This document shows, piece after piece, positions 18,401-26,513 of a DNA stretch of 64,000 nucleotides (positions are counted from its first letter, which is position 1; the number at the start of each line of letters is the position of its first letter). The DNA is from Nanobdellota archaeon (GTDB lineage Archaea > Nanobdellota > Nanobdellia > Woesearchaeales > CAZZGN01), in the NCBI GenBank assembly GCA_051819665.1, contig JBNJDG010000001.1, forward strand, positions 4,369-68,368. The letters are read 5' to 3'. The notes under the pieces were generated by a model. The model saw only the letters and a program-made list of their open reading frames with translations. It had not been told where the DNA came from and did no database searches. A program made the position numbers and the translations under genes.

Positions 18401-18489
18401 GCCTTCTGGAATATCTTATTGTTCTTCCAGTATTCGAGTATGTTATTTTCGACTTCATCCGGTTTGAATTTTTTCGTCATTTTTACCAC
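15388..18489 (-). CDS. ileS: isoleucyl-tRNA synthetase
   Basis: 1033 aa; class I HIGH-type motif PPYTSGKVHIGTAWN and KMSKSLGN; editing and anticodon-binding domains. Confidence 0.95.
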   Translation of the reverse strand: MVKMTKKFKPDEVENNILEYWKNNKIFQKAREKNKNNKDFYFLDGPPYTSGKVHIGTAWNKVLKDCVLRFKRSRGFNVWDRAGYDMHGLPIEHKVQEKLKLEQKEDIQKYGVKDFMKECKNLAVENLEIMNDDFRRMGVWMDFDNAYQSISPDYIEGIWWLIKKAYEKGRLYEDYRPIHWDYVHQSALAKHELEYETVKDKSIFLKFKVKGKENEYLIVWTTTPWTIAYNLGVMVNPELDYIKADVGGEKWIVAKGLAGPVIKMVADKDFETTEEFKGEELEGLEYEHPFHKDLGKHYDSLKEKHQNVHSVLLSKEYVTLDAGTGLVHTAPGCGPEDFEIGHKYSIPAWNNLMENGKFPEDMGKLSGLHARKDNDKFIELMKDQGTLIESTEVEHDYPFGQRSHEPVVFRATKQWFFKVEDLKDKMIKENNEIKWVPEAAYNAFNSWLENLRDNSISKQRYWGTPLPIWRADDGDIIVIGSRKEYEDLTGKKLEDLHIPWVDETPIEKDGKTYKRIPDVLDVWVDAGTASWNCLNFPADQETFRKMFPADFILEGKDQIRGWFNLLMVASMLGMEEKPFENVYMHGFVQDAEGRKMSKSLGNVISPYEVIEKFSADTLRYFMIGGTNPGLDINYNFNEVKVKHKNLGILWNLHNYLIDLSRTNKINPKDVEINNPGVEERYIISKLNSSIKRCTECFEDYRINEAPWRVEELFLELSRGYIQKVRERSNDRTVIGTIYRVLMETLKMFSPVAPFMTEQIYLNMKEEFGLEKESISLYDWPSYDEEKIDENLEEEFRISDEVTQALLYAREKAQLGVRWPVREVMIESASETYRNAVEKRKELIKKQVNARDVKIVEDAGFEKKAKPNYKKIREDFENLVPQIMARLATESRIIEKLNEEDAVKLKVDGQDISLDRSHFTIHQNTPDKYSEGEINKGMVYINKEMDKDLESEGYTREVMRRVQIVRKEMGLNKTDRIQLSIESSEKLKAYLQENEELLKEKVGADELHFGEGEKEFNIKGEKVKIKCQQVHDGA

Positions 18490-18683
18490 TAAGTTCTGTT
18501 GAGCATGGGCCCAGGATCTTGGGCTGATTCAGATAATAATAGAAATGCCGTTCCTGATAGAGCAGCTCCCAGTCATACCGATTAGTCCGGAAGCGTTATA
18601 TAAATAGTTTTGGGTGACCCTTATCAAAATATTTATATATCAGTTAATATCTTTGAGTAGTAAAGTATTTTGAGGTGGGTGTT

Positions 18684-19052
18684 ATGAAAAGATTATTGTT
18701 ATTCGTGGTTATGTTCATGATGGCGCTGGCTTCCGTTAGCGCACAGGTTACGGTTGACAGGGCACAGATAATCCCTGAAAAGGATGCTTTGAGGGCTAAT
18801 TTCGCTTACAGTTCTGATTCTGAGGACATGGGCAGGACCACTGTCAGTGTGATGATGTACGATTATCCTCTCAGGGCAACCCAGACTTTCAGTGAATTTG
18901 ACGATGAGATCAGGGGCAGTGTAACAGCAAGGCTCCCTTATGATATCGAACCAGGTCTTTATCCGGTGAGGATAGTTGCAAGCAATGATGATTTCAGGAG
19001 GGTAACTTTCAGGCACATCTATGTGGACGAAAGCCGGGTGGTCTGGAACTGA
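18684..19052 (+). CDS. hypothetical secreted protein (N-terminal signal peptide)
   Basis: MKRLLLFVVMFMMALASVSAQ signal-like N-terminus; GAGGTGGG Shine-Dalgarno 5 nt upstream of ATG 18684. Confidence 0.45.
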   Translation: MKRLLLFVVMFMMALASVSAQVTVDRAQIIPEKDALRANFAYSSDSEDMGRTTVSVMMYDYPLRATQTFSEFDDEIRGSVTARLPYDIEPGLYPVRIVASNDDFRRVTFRHIYVDESRVVWN

Positions 19053-19085
19053 ACCTTTTTATATATCTTTTTTTCACTATTTCTT

Positions 19086-20096
19086 ATGTACCAGCTTATA
19101 AGAGAAGGAAAGACTGAATCCTATGTGCCTGTAGAGAAGAAGGTATCGAAGAGACTGCCGGTCTTCTATAATCCTGTAATGAGATTCAACAGGGATATCT
19201 CAGTTTTCTTCGTTAAAAAACTACAACCTCAGCAGGTCTCTCTTCCTCTGGCCGGTACTGGTATTAGAGGCATAAGGTTCCTCAAGGAAACGGATCATGA
19301 CATGGCCGTTTATATGAACGATATATCTGAGGAGGCTGTAAAGCTTATCGGGAAGAACGCAGAGCATAATTCTGTATCGCATAATATTGTCCTCTCCAAT
19401 AAGGACGCTGATGAGTTCCTCCTTTCCATGCCGGGAGCGGATTATATTGATATCGATCCTTTCGGCTCACCTAATTTTTTCATTGATTCTGCAGTGAAGA
19501 GGCTTTCCAGGAATGGCTATCTTGCTGTTACGGCGACTGATACTTCGGCTTTATGCGGAACCCATAAGAGAGCATGCAGGAGGAAATATTGGGCAGACTC
19601 ACAGAATGATCATCAGATGCATGAGACAGGCTTGAGGATCCTGATAAGGAAAGTCCAGCTAGTAGCAGCGCAGTTTGATAAGGCCCTCTATCCTTTGATA
19701 TCCTATTCAAAGGATCATTATATGCGTGTCTTCTTCGTCTGCAGGAAGGGAAAGAAGAAGGTTGACGAGCTTCTGTGTGAACATGGTCCTCTCAATGGTC
19801 TCGGTCCTTTATGGCTCGGTACTCTCAACGATAAGAAACTTCTCCGTGATATCCTTGAAGACCTGCCTGAAGATTATCCGGACAGGAGATTCCTTGAACT
19901 TCTGGCTGAAGAATATGACACTCTTGGTATGAAAGACCTTCACATCCTGGCTAAGGAGAAGTCATTGTCCGAGCTTCCCAAGACAGATGAAGTGATCAGG
20001 AGGATAAAAGACAAAGGCTATAATGCCACAAGGACTCATCTTTCAAGGACTGCCATAAAGACTGACATGGAAGATCTGAGTGAAGTCCTTTATTGA
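19086..20096 (+). CDS. trm1: tRNA (guanine26-N2)-dimethyltransferase
   Basis: PVFYNPVMRFNRDISV..., DPFGSP and AVTATDTSALCG motifs of Trm1. Confidence 0.85.
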   Translation: MYQLIREGKTESYVPVEKKVSKRLPVFYNPVMRFNRDISVFFVKKLQPQQVSLPLAGTGIRGIRFLKETDHDMAVYMNDISEEAVKLIGKNAEHNSVSHNIVLSNKDADEFLLSMPGADYIDIDPFGSPNFFIDSAVKRLSRNGYLAVTATDTSALCGTHKRACRRKYWADSQNDHQMHETGLRILIRKVQLVAAQFDKALYPLISYSKDHYMRVFFVCRKGKKKVDELLCEHGPLNGLGPLWLGTLNDKKLLRDILEDLPEDYPDRRFLELLAEEYDTLGMKDLHILAKEKSLSELPKTDEVIRRIKDKGYNATRTHLSRTAIKTDMEDLSEVLY

Positions 20097-21067
20097 TTAT
20101 CCTTTTTTTTCCTGCTGCTTCTCTTTTTCTTAGTTTTCTTGCTGACCTTTTTCCTGAGCTTTTCATTCTCTTTCTCAAGCTCTTCCTGTTTAAGGATCTC
20201 ATTAACAGTATTTTCCTTGAAATCCTCAAGGTCCTTCACTCTTTCATTGAGCTCTTTCTTTGACTCTTCAAGCTCTTCGGTCCTTTTCTTCACTTTGTCC
20301 TCAAGCTCTTTACTGTATTTCTTTAGTTCTTTTTTCTGGGAGTCCAGTACCTCCCTCATCTGGTTGAAAGATGATGCAAGGTTCCCCAGCTCATCATTCG
20401 ATTTTATGTTTATCTGTTTCGTGAGCTTCCCCTCCTTATACAGTGCCAGACCCTTATTCAGCCTTTTGATGGGTCTTAAGACCAATCTGTTCGAAAAGAA
20501 TAGTATGAGGGCTGTCGAGAGGAGTGCGAATATGATCGTCCAGGCGGAGGTTTTCCATATGATTTTCCATATCCTTTCCTGAAGGTTCTCATAAGAGAAA
20601 TAATAGACTAGGGTATAATCATGCCTTCCCCAATCCTCTACATATGGTGAGATGACCCTGAAATATTCCTGCCCGTTAATCATCACATTTGATGTCTGTT
20701 TTTTGAGTTTCTTCAGTTTATCCTTTTCGGGAGGATCTATCTCTTTGTACTCATAAACGCTATGGTTATAGCTGTCGAATAATAACTCGCCATTGATTCT
20801 GAACAATTGGATCCTTTCCAGATCCTCTTCCATTTCGATTATCTCCTGTGTTTTTTCTACGAACTTGAGGAATCCGGAATCCTTGTAGAGCTTATAATCT
20901 TCGATTATATGCGATTTTGAGAGACTGGCCAGCGAACGGCCATCGTCTCTAAGGTCTTCTCTTGCATCTTCGATATTCTGTGTTATGAGCATATATGCTT
21001 CTACAAAAGAGACCAAAAAGAGGATGACCAAGATGGCCGAGATTATCTTAGTATTAAGGCTTGTCAT
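20090..21067 (-). CDS. membrane protein with extracytoplasmic domain, HAMP domain and C-terminal K/E-rich coiled coil (no recognizable output domain)
   Basis: An N-terminal TM segment is followed by a second TM and then the HAMP-like LRPIKRLNKGLALYKEGKLTKQINIKSNDELGNLASSFNQMREVL. A heptad-rich tail ends the protein. Confidence 0.5.
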   Translation of the reverse strand: MTSLNTKIISAILVILFLVSFVEAYMLITQNIEDAREDLRDDGRSLASLSKSHIIEDYKLYKDSGFLKFVEKTQEIIEMEEDLERIQLFRINGELLFDSYNHSVYEYKEIDPPEKDKLKKLKKQTSNVMINGQEYFRVISPYVEDWGRHDYTLVYYFSYENLQERIWKIIWKTSAWTIIFALLSTALILFFSNRLVLRPIKRLNKGLALYKEGKLTKQINIKSNDELGNLASSFNQMREVLDSQKKELKKYSKELEDKVKKRTEELEESKKELNERVKDLEDFKENTVNEILKQEELEKENEKLRKKVSKKTKKKRSSRKKKDNQ

Positions 21068-22580
21068 AACTGATTGTCTCCAGATCTAGTTTTGTATCTG
21101 CCCTTGGTCTCCAAGTCAGATCCTCGGATACTGCATAGGTGAGGCTCTGCCTGTGTAGCGGGATCCATGCTACATCGTCCATGGCTATCCTGAAACCTTC
21201 CTGCAGAAGGTCTTTCCTTTCAGAAGTATCAAGGATCCTGGAACTCTCTCCTGTTATCTCATCCACTCTCTCGTTTGAATAGTAACCGAGGTTATAGTTC
21301 CCCTCTCCTTCTGTCTTATTCACAGTAGTAAGGAGGTAATCAAAAACTTCTCCTCCATCTCCCGTTGTTGGCACCCAACCAAGAAGGTAGAAGTCAGACT
21401 CCCTTGCGAGTATCTTCTCAAAGAATTCTGACTTGGGCTTTGCGTTAGCTTTTACATCTATACCTATCTCGCCTAACTGTTCACTTACTCTTTTGCATAT
21501 CTCTTCATCTTTTACATACCTGTTGTCCGGACAGTCAAGAGTTATGTTGAAACCGTCTTCGTATCCTGCCTCTTTAAGCAATTCTCTGGCTTTTTCCTTA
21601 TCATGTTCTAGTCTTTCGATCTCCGGATTGTATCCGAGGATCTCAGGCGAGACGAACTGGGTGGCCGGTTCTGCAAGGCCTTTCATCACTTCTTCTATTA
21701 TCTCCTGTTCGTCGATAGCATGATACATGGCTTTTCTTACCTTGAGCTCGGCAGTCGGGCCCTCCCTGAAATTTGTGCCGAGGAATATGACCCTGCTTGT
21801 AGGCTTGGAGACCATATTGATCTCTTCTTTCAGTTCCTCATATTGGTCAGGGGGTATGAATTCTGCCAGGTCGATTTTCCCTGCCCTGAAAGCGTTTATC
21901 CTGTCCTTTGCTTCAGGGATTATCCTCATTATAGCAGTCTCTATATCTGCATTCTTACCCCAATAATCTTCGAACCTCTCTAAGATTACATTTTTCTCTT
22001 CCTCGTATTTCTTCAGCTTGTAAGGACCTGTACCTACGGGCCATCTGTCCAGTCTTTCATGGTCTTTCGGGACGATGAATACATCTGCAAGCTTGTGAAG
22101 GAGTACTGGTGTAGGGTCTTTGGTCTTTATGTCTATAGTATAATTGTCTACTATCTCTACTTTCTTAATGGGTGAAACAAGGTTTTTCAGAGCATTGTCC
22201 TTATCTTCCATTATAAAATCGAAGGTGTATTTGACATCCTCTGCGGTCATCTTTTCACCATTATGGAATCTGACTCCTTTTCTTAGATTGAATCTCCATG
22301 TGAGCTTATCGGGATTGGACCAGTATTCCGCAAGACTAGGTTTGATCTTGAATTTATGGTCGAACTGTACTAGAGAATCGAATATGTTCTTGTTCACATT
22401 CAGTGTTGCAGTCTCATAAGCCTGCATGTTCGGATGGAAACCCACCATATCGGCCTTCATCCCTAGTGTTACTGTATTGATCTGAACATTATCATCAATC
22501 TTTTCTTTTGGATCCTCTTCTGTTGGCGTACATCCGAGAACGAGAGCCAATACTAGCACAGTGAAGATTATTCTTTTCAT
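21054..22580 (-). CDS. ABC transporter substrate-binding protein, family 5 (oligopeptide/dipeptide/nickel type), lipoprotein-like signal
   Basis: 508 aa; signal with Cys (LVLGC); SBP_bac_5-like motifs (VRFHNGEKMTAEDVKYTFD). No permease or ATPase genes are adjacent. Confidence 0.75.
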   Translation of the reverse strand: MKRIIFTVLVLALVLGCTPTEEDPKEKIDDNVQINTVTLGMKADMVGFHPNMQAYETATLNVNKNIFDSLVQFDHKFKIKPSLAEYWSNPDKLTWRFNLRKGVRFHNGEKMTAEDVKYTFDFIMEDKDNALKNLVSPIKKVEIVDNYTIDIKTKDPTPVLLHKLADVFIVPKDHERLDRWPVGTGPYKLKKYEEEKNVILERFEDYWGKNADIETAIMRIIPEAKDRINAFRAGKIDLAEFIPPDQYEELKEEINMVSKPTSRVIFLGTNFREGPTAELKVRKAMYHAIDEQEIIEEVMKGLAEPATQFVSPEILGYNPEIERLEHDKEKARELLKEAGYEDGFNITLDCPDNRYVKDEEICKRVSEQLGEIGIDVKANAKPKSEFFEKILARESDFYLLGWVPTTGDGGEVFDYLLTTVNKTEGEGNYNLGYYSNERVDEITGESSRILDTSERKDLLQEGFRIAMDDVAWIPLHRQSLTYAVSEDLTWRPRADTKLDLETISYDKP

Positions 22581-22668
22581 AGATTATTACCTCTTTTTTA
22601 ATATCTTATTGAGATTTTGCGAAGAATTAATACTTAAAGTTTACTGTTATAAAATAAAATTAAAAGAA

Positions 22669-22947
22669 TTATTGGACTGCTCTTCTTACATCCGTAACTT
22701 CTACAGAGCTTATCTCTTCAAGGCTCTTCAGGTCTTCCTCAAGAGGGTCTGTAGCTCCTTTCTCTTCGTCCATGACAAAGGTTATATTTATCGCTTTCAG
22801 ACCGAAAGCTACAGGCTGGATATTCTTCCTGATCTCGGTCTCTCCTGCGAATTCCTTCACCTTACCCTCTATCTTCTCCTGTGCGGATTCCATGTCCACT
22901 TCAGGCGACTCAGGCATAACTTTCATAGAAACTATCGCTTTTGCCAT
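22669..22947 (-). CDS. translation elongation factor 1-beta (aEF-1beta)
   Basis: MAKAIVSMKVMPESPEVDMESAQEKI...AFGLKAINITFVMDEEKG...SVEVTDVRR matches archaeal EF1B. Confidence 0.8.
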   Translation of the reverse strand: MAKAIVSMKVMPESPEVDMESAQEKIEGKVKEFAGETEIRKNIQPVAFGLKAINITFVMDEEKGATDPLEEDLKSLEEISSVEVTDVRRAVQ

Positions 22948-22956
22948 TCTTATCCC

Positions 22957-23133
22957 TCAGTTCGGTCCCTCAAAACCACATTTCGGGCAATTGTATTTCA
23001 TTGCCAACTCTCTGGCTCTCTTTGACCTTACTATCTCGTACTCTCCGCATTTCGGGCACATGAACCTTGCAGTCCCGCCCATGTTCGTTATGTTTGTGTG
23101 TGTTGATGAACATTCCATTCTTGATACCTCCAT
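22957..23133 (-). CDS. small Zn-ribbon protein (COG2888-like), 58 aa, below ORF-track cutoff
   Basis: MEVSRMECSSTHTNITNMGGTARFMCPKCGEYEIVRSKRARELAMKYNCPKCGFEGPN. It lies immediately upstream of and co-directional with aEF-1beta, an arrangement I recall in other archaea. Confidence 0.5.
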   Translation of the reverse strand: MEVSRMECSSTHTNITNMGGTARFMCPKCGEYEIVRSKRARELAMKYNCPKCGFEGPN

Positions 23134-23283
23134 CTCCTATGGGCTTTCTGGCTCATTTAAAAATATTGCGTTTTAGTGATAAGGGAAACCGATGACCTGG
23201 CTTAAAAAGACCAGTTTTTTCCTGATGTGACTCTAAAGGAATTACTTAATTTTTTAAATAAATCATATTCTTTATATTCTCAT

Positions 23284-24732
23284 ATGGATGAGGATATTTC
23301 CAGTCTGCCCGAACCCCCTAAGCCGAGGAAAGGATTCCTTAAGAGGATTTTCGGGAAGGATCAGGCTTCTGAAGAGATTAAAGAGGTCAAAGCTCCTTCT
23401 GAGAAGACCGAAGGTTTTACCATTCCTGAGGATGAGGAGAAGAGAAACGCACACAAAAGGGAGTTCGAGAAGATAGCCACTGAAAGGAGGAAGCTTGATT
23501 ATGAGGTGAGGGAAAGGAGTACCCAGGTCAGGCAGAGAGAGAAGGAAGTGGCTGAAATGGAGAAGGACCTTGAAGAGAAGGAAAAAAACCTAAATAGCGA
23601 ACAGGAGAAGGTAAAGAAGGAAAAGGAAACTATTGAGGAGAAGAAGAGGGTTCTTGATGAGAGGGAGAGGAGCCTTAACGAGAGAGAAAAGATAGTCAGT
23701 TATCAGGAGAAGGATTATAATAAGGATATAGATTCTTTAGAGAAGAGGAAGAAGGAGCTCTCGAAGGAGGTTGATAATCTCCTTGATAAGAAGGAAGGCG
23801 CTAAACAGGAGCTTTCCCTCATGAATAAGAGGCTTGAGGAGACCAGAGAGGAATATGGGTCTATGATAGAGACCCTGAAGAATAATGAGAAGCTTCTTGC
23901 TAAGAGAGAGGAAGAGATCCTTGCCTCGGTCAATAGGCTTGAGAATGATAAGAAAGCCCTTGAAGAGAGGGAAGATGAGATACTTAAGACTCTCAATAAG
24001 CTTGAGAAGGACAAGAAGCTCCTCGATTCCAAGGAAGGGGAGATAGTCTCCAGGCTTAAATCCCTTCAGGGAGAGGAAGATAGGATAGAGAAGAAGAAGG
24101 AGAAGGCAGAGAAGGAGATAAAGGAGAAAAAAGATAAGGTGAAACAGGAAGAGAAGGACAAGAAGAAAGAAATGAAGGACTGGGAGAAAACCTTGTCGAA
24201 GAAAGAGAAGGAAGTGGAGAAGAGGGAGAAGAAGGTTAAGGAAGCGAAGGAGCTGAAGACCAGCAAGAAGAGGCTGAAGGATTCTTATGATAAGCTTTTC
24301 AGGGAATATAAGGAACTGAAGAAGAAATTCCTGAAAGGCAAGAGCCTGGAGGCTAAACAGAAAGAGCTTGAGAAAGTAAGGAAGGACCTCATGAAGAAGG
24401 AGAAGATCCTTTATTCTACTGATGAAACTTTGAAAGAGAAGAAACATGTCATTGACGAGCTCGAATATGATAATTTCAATATAAAACATCCTGATAAGCA
24501 AGTCTCCCTGACGAAGCCGAAGGATGATAACATAATCAAGGACAGGGATATCTTTGAGCTCATCAGGAGCACTAAGGACCTTCTGAATAAGGAAGAGATA
24601 AGCAAGGCGAAAGAGAACCTGAAGACCATTAAGCAGCTCTATGAGGATCTTCAGCTTGATAAGGATAAGAAGAGGAAAGTATATTACGATATCCTCGATA
24701 TAGAGAACGGCATCGAGATAGCAGAATTATGA
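23284..24732 (+). CDS. large K/E-rich coiled-coil protein with internal 21-residue tandem repeats
   Basis: About 480 aa of heptad-like sequence. Examples are KLLAKREEEILASVNRLENDK, KALEEREDEILKTLNKLEKDK and KLLDSKEGEIVSRLKSLQGEE. The ATG at 23284 is preferred over the GTG at 23227. Confidence 0.55.
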   Translation: MDEDISSLPEPPKPRKGFLKRIFGKDQASEEIKEVKAPSEKTEGFTIPEDEEKRNAHKREFEKIATERRKLDYEVRERSTQVRQREKEVAEMEKDLEEKEKNLNSEQEKVKKEKETIEEKKRVLDERERSLNEREKIVSYQEKDYNKDIDSLEKRKKELSKEVDNLLDKKEGAKQELSLMNKRLEETREEYGSMIETLKNNEKLLAKREEEILASVNRLENDKKALEEREDEILKTLNKLEKDKKLLDSKEGEIVSRLKSLQGEEDRIEKKKEKAEKEIKEKKDKVKQEEKDKKKEMKDWEKTLSKKEKEVEKREKKVKEAKELKTSKKRLKDSYDKLFREYKELKKKFLKGKSLEAKQKELEKVRKDLMKKEKILYSTDETLKEKKHVIDELEYDNFNIKHPDKQVSLTKPKDDNIIKDRDIFELIRSTKDLLNKEEISKAKENLKTIKQLYEDLQLDKDKKRKVYYDILDIENGIEIAEL

Positions 24733-24762
24733 TCATTTCTTTGAATATTATCTGATATTTTT

Positions 24763-25776
24763 TTATTTGAAGATTATATTCTTCGTCAGGTCTTTATCGA
24801 GGAACTTTTTACAGACTTCGATGCCTGCCTTCATATGGTCTGTCATCCTTCCTGTCTTAATCTCTCCCCCATAAAGTCCCAGCAGAGGGATCAGATTGTC
24901 AGTAAGGTGCTCATCAGCACAGATTCCGCTGTCTATGCTCTTTAGGAGCTTCCTGGCTGCCTCCTGTCCTGGAGAGTAAGGGTCTTTCTCATAAAGTTCA
25001 TCACCGCCCAGCCTTATCGGCCTTCTTCTTTCGATCTCATCCTCTCTCATGGTCAGGGTTGCCCAGAGCACAATTCCACCACCTGTTGATTCAGATCTGG
25101 AGGTTCTCGTGTCTATCCTGACAGGGCAGTCGTATTTCCTCAACAGACTTTTTGCTGACTGGGCGGACTTCTCATTCACATCGAGATCGGAGGAGGAGTT
25201 GGCTATGCCTTTTATGTGGACGAGTTTTCCCTGGCTTGAGAGCTCTATGCCCTTATCCTCGTCATTCCCTTTTACCTTGATCTCAACTTCCCCTCCTCCT
25301 TTCGGGAAGTAACCCCTTTTCCTGAGCTTCACCTCTATATCAGCATAGATCCTGTAGAAAGGGAGTACGACATTATCAAGATAATCGAAGGGCATGCTCC
25401 ATTTCACATCTGTACCTCCCCTTATACTGAGCCTGACCCTGTCCTTCTCCCTTATGAGCGCAGGGAGGAGTGCCTGGAGAAGAAGAGTCACAGAGCCCGC
25501 TGTGCCTATGTCGATATTGAGGCTCTTTCTTTTCAGTTTTCCCGGGATGAACCTTAGATTCTGTGAACCCAGATGGTCCCCTTCAGTCTTTGCCGAGAAA
25601 AGCTCTTTTGCGGCTTTTATGGCCTTGAGATGCTGTGCTTTCAGTCCGGGCTTAGGCCTTTTGGCCCTTATATTGGTCATATCAAAGGCCTTCCCTGTGC
25701 TCAGTGATAAGGCGATACTCATACGGAGCATCTGTCCTCCACCTTCACTTCCGTCAATCTCAAGGGGCCCTATCAT
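24763..25776 (-). CDS. rtcA: RNA 3'-terminal phosphate cyclase
   Basis: IDGSEGGGQMLRMSIALSLSTGKAFDMTNIRAKRPKPGLKAQH is the RtcA N-terminal signature; 337 aa. Confidence 0.85.
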   Translation of the reverse strand: MIGPLEIDGSEGGGQMLRMSIALSLSTGKAFDMTNIRAKRPKPGLKAQHLKAIKAAKELFSAKTEGDHLGSQNLRFIPGKLKRKSLNIDIGTAGSVTLLLQALLPALIREKDRVRLSIRGGTDVKWSMPFDYLDNVVLPFYRIYADIEVKLRKRGYFPKGGGEVEIKVKGNDEDKGIELSSQGKLVHIKGIANSSSDLDVNEKSAQSAKSLLRKYDCPVRIDTRTSRSESTGGGIVLWATLTMREDEIERRRPIRLGGDELYEKDPYSPGQEAARKLLKSIDSGICADEHLTDNLIPLLGLYGGEIKTGRMTDHMKAGIEVCKKFLDKDLTKNIIFK

Positions 25777-26513
25777 TTCAGTCTGAAATACACTCTCCTG
25801 TTGTTTTTTCCCTTATTATCCGCTTTGATTATCTCTATCTCACCTATCTCTTCAGTATTCTTAACATGCGTTCCTCCATCTGCCTGTTTATCGATATCTC
25901 CTATCTCTACGATCCTAAGCTCTTTCACTGAAGGAGGAAGCGCGCCTGCAAGTTTTACCATGCCGGGGATCTTCATGGCCTCTTCCCTGTCGAGGAAGTA
26001 TGTCTTAACATCAATATTCCTGTTTATTATCTCATTGGCTTTCTCTGCATATTCGTCTATCCTGTTCCTGTCAAAATCCTCGAGGCTGAAATCTACCCTG
26101 CTCTTCTCCAGATCAAGTTGATTGCCTGTTATCTTCGCACCTGCTTCGTTATGGAAAACTGCGCTGAGGATATGGGAGGCTGTATGAGCCCTCATCAGCT
26201 TGTACCTTCTCTCCCAATCGATGATGCCTTTTACATTCTTACCTTCACTGAGGCCTTCCTTATCTACTTCATGACTTATCTCCCCGTCGAATTTCCCGGT
26301 AAAGACGACTTTGTATTCATTCCCCTCTTCATCTATGATCTTCCCGGTGTCGAAAGGCTGTCCTCCGCTTTTTGGGTAGAAGGCTGTTTCCTCAAGGACA
26401 ATATATTTACCATCCGCTTTCTTGACTTTTGTATTGAATTCCTTCAGATATGAATCTTCCATGTATAGTGCTTTCATGATTTTCACCTCTATGTTTTTAT
26501 TCTCTTGTTTCAT
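25773..26513 (-). CDS. alaX: alanyl-tRNA editing protein AlaX-M type (tRNA_SAD, misacylated tRNA(Ala) deacylase)
   Basis: HTASHIL ... GGTHV zinc-binding HxxxH/CxxxH-type motifs and size (246 aa). Confidence 0.7.
   Translation of the reverse strand: MKQENKNIEVKIMKALYMEDSYLKEFNTKVKKADGKYIVLEETAFYPKSGGQPFDTGKIIDEEGNEYKVVFTGKFDGEISHEVDKEGLSEGKNVKGIIDWERRYKLMRAHTASHILSAVFHNEAGAKITGNQLDLEKSRVDFSLEDFDRNRIDEYAEKANEIINRNIDVKTYFLDREEAMKIPGMVKLAGALPPSVKELRIVEIGDIDKQADGGTHVKNTEEIGEIEIIKADNKGKNNRRVYFRLK

Noticed and set aside
23715-24629. Several long minus-strand ORFs (254 aa, 105 aa, 72 aa, 66 aa) overlapping the K/E-rich coiled-coil gene
   Set aside because: They are artefacts of the purine-rich repeats. 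The translations are L/F/S homopolymer-like, and no start context is present.
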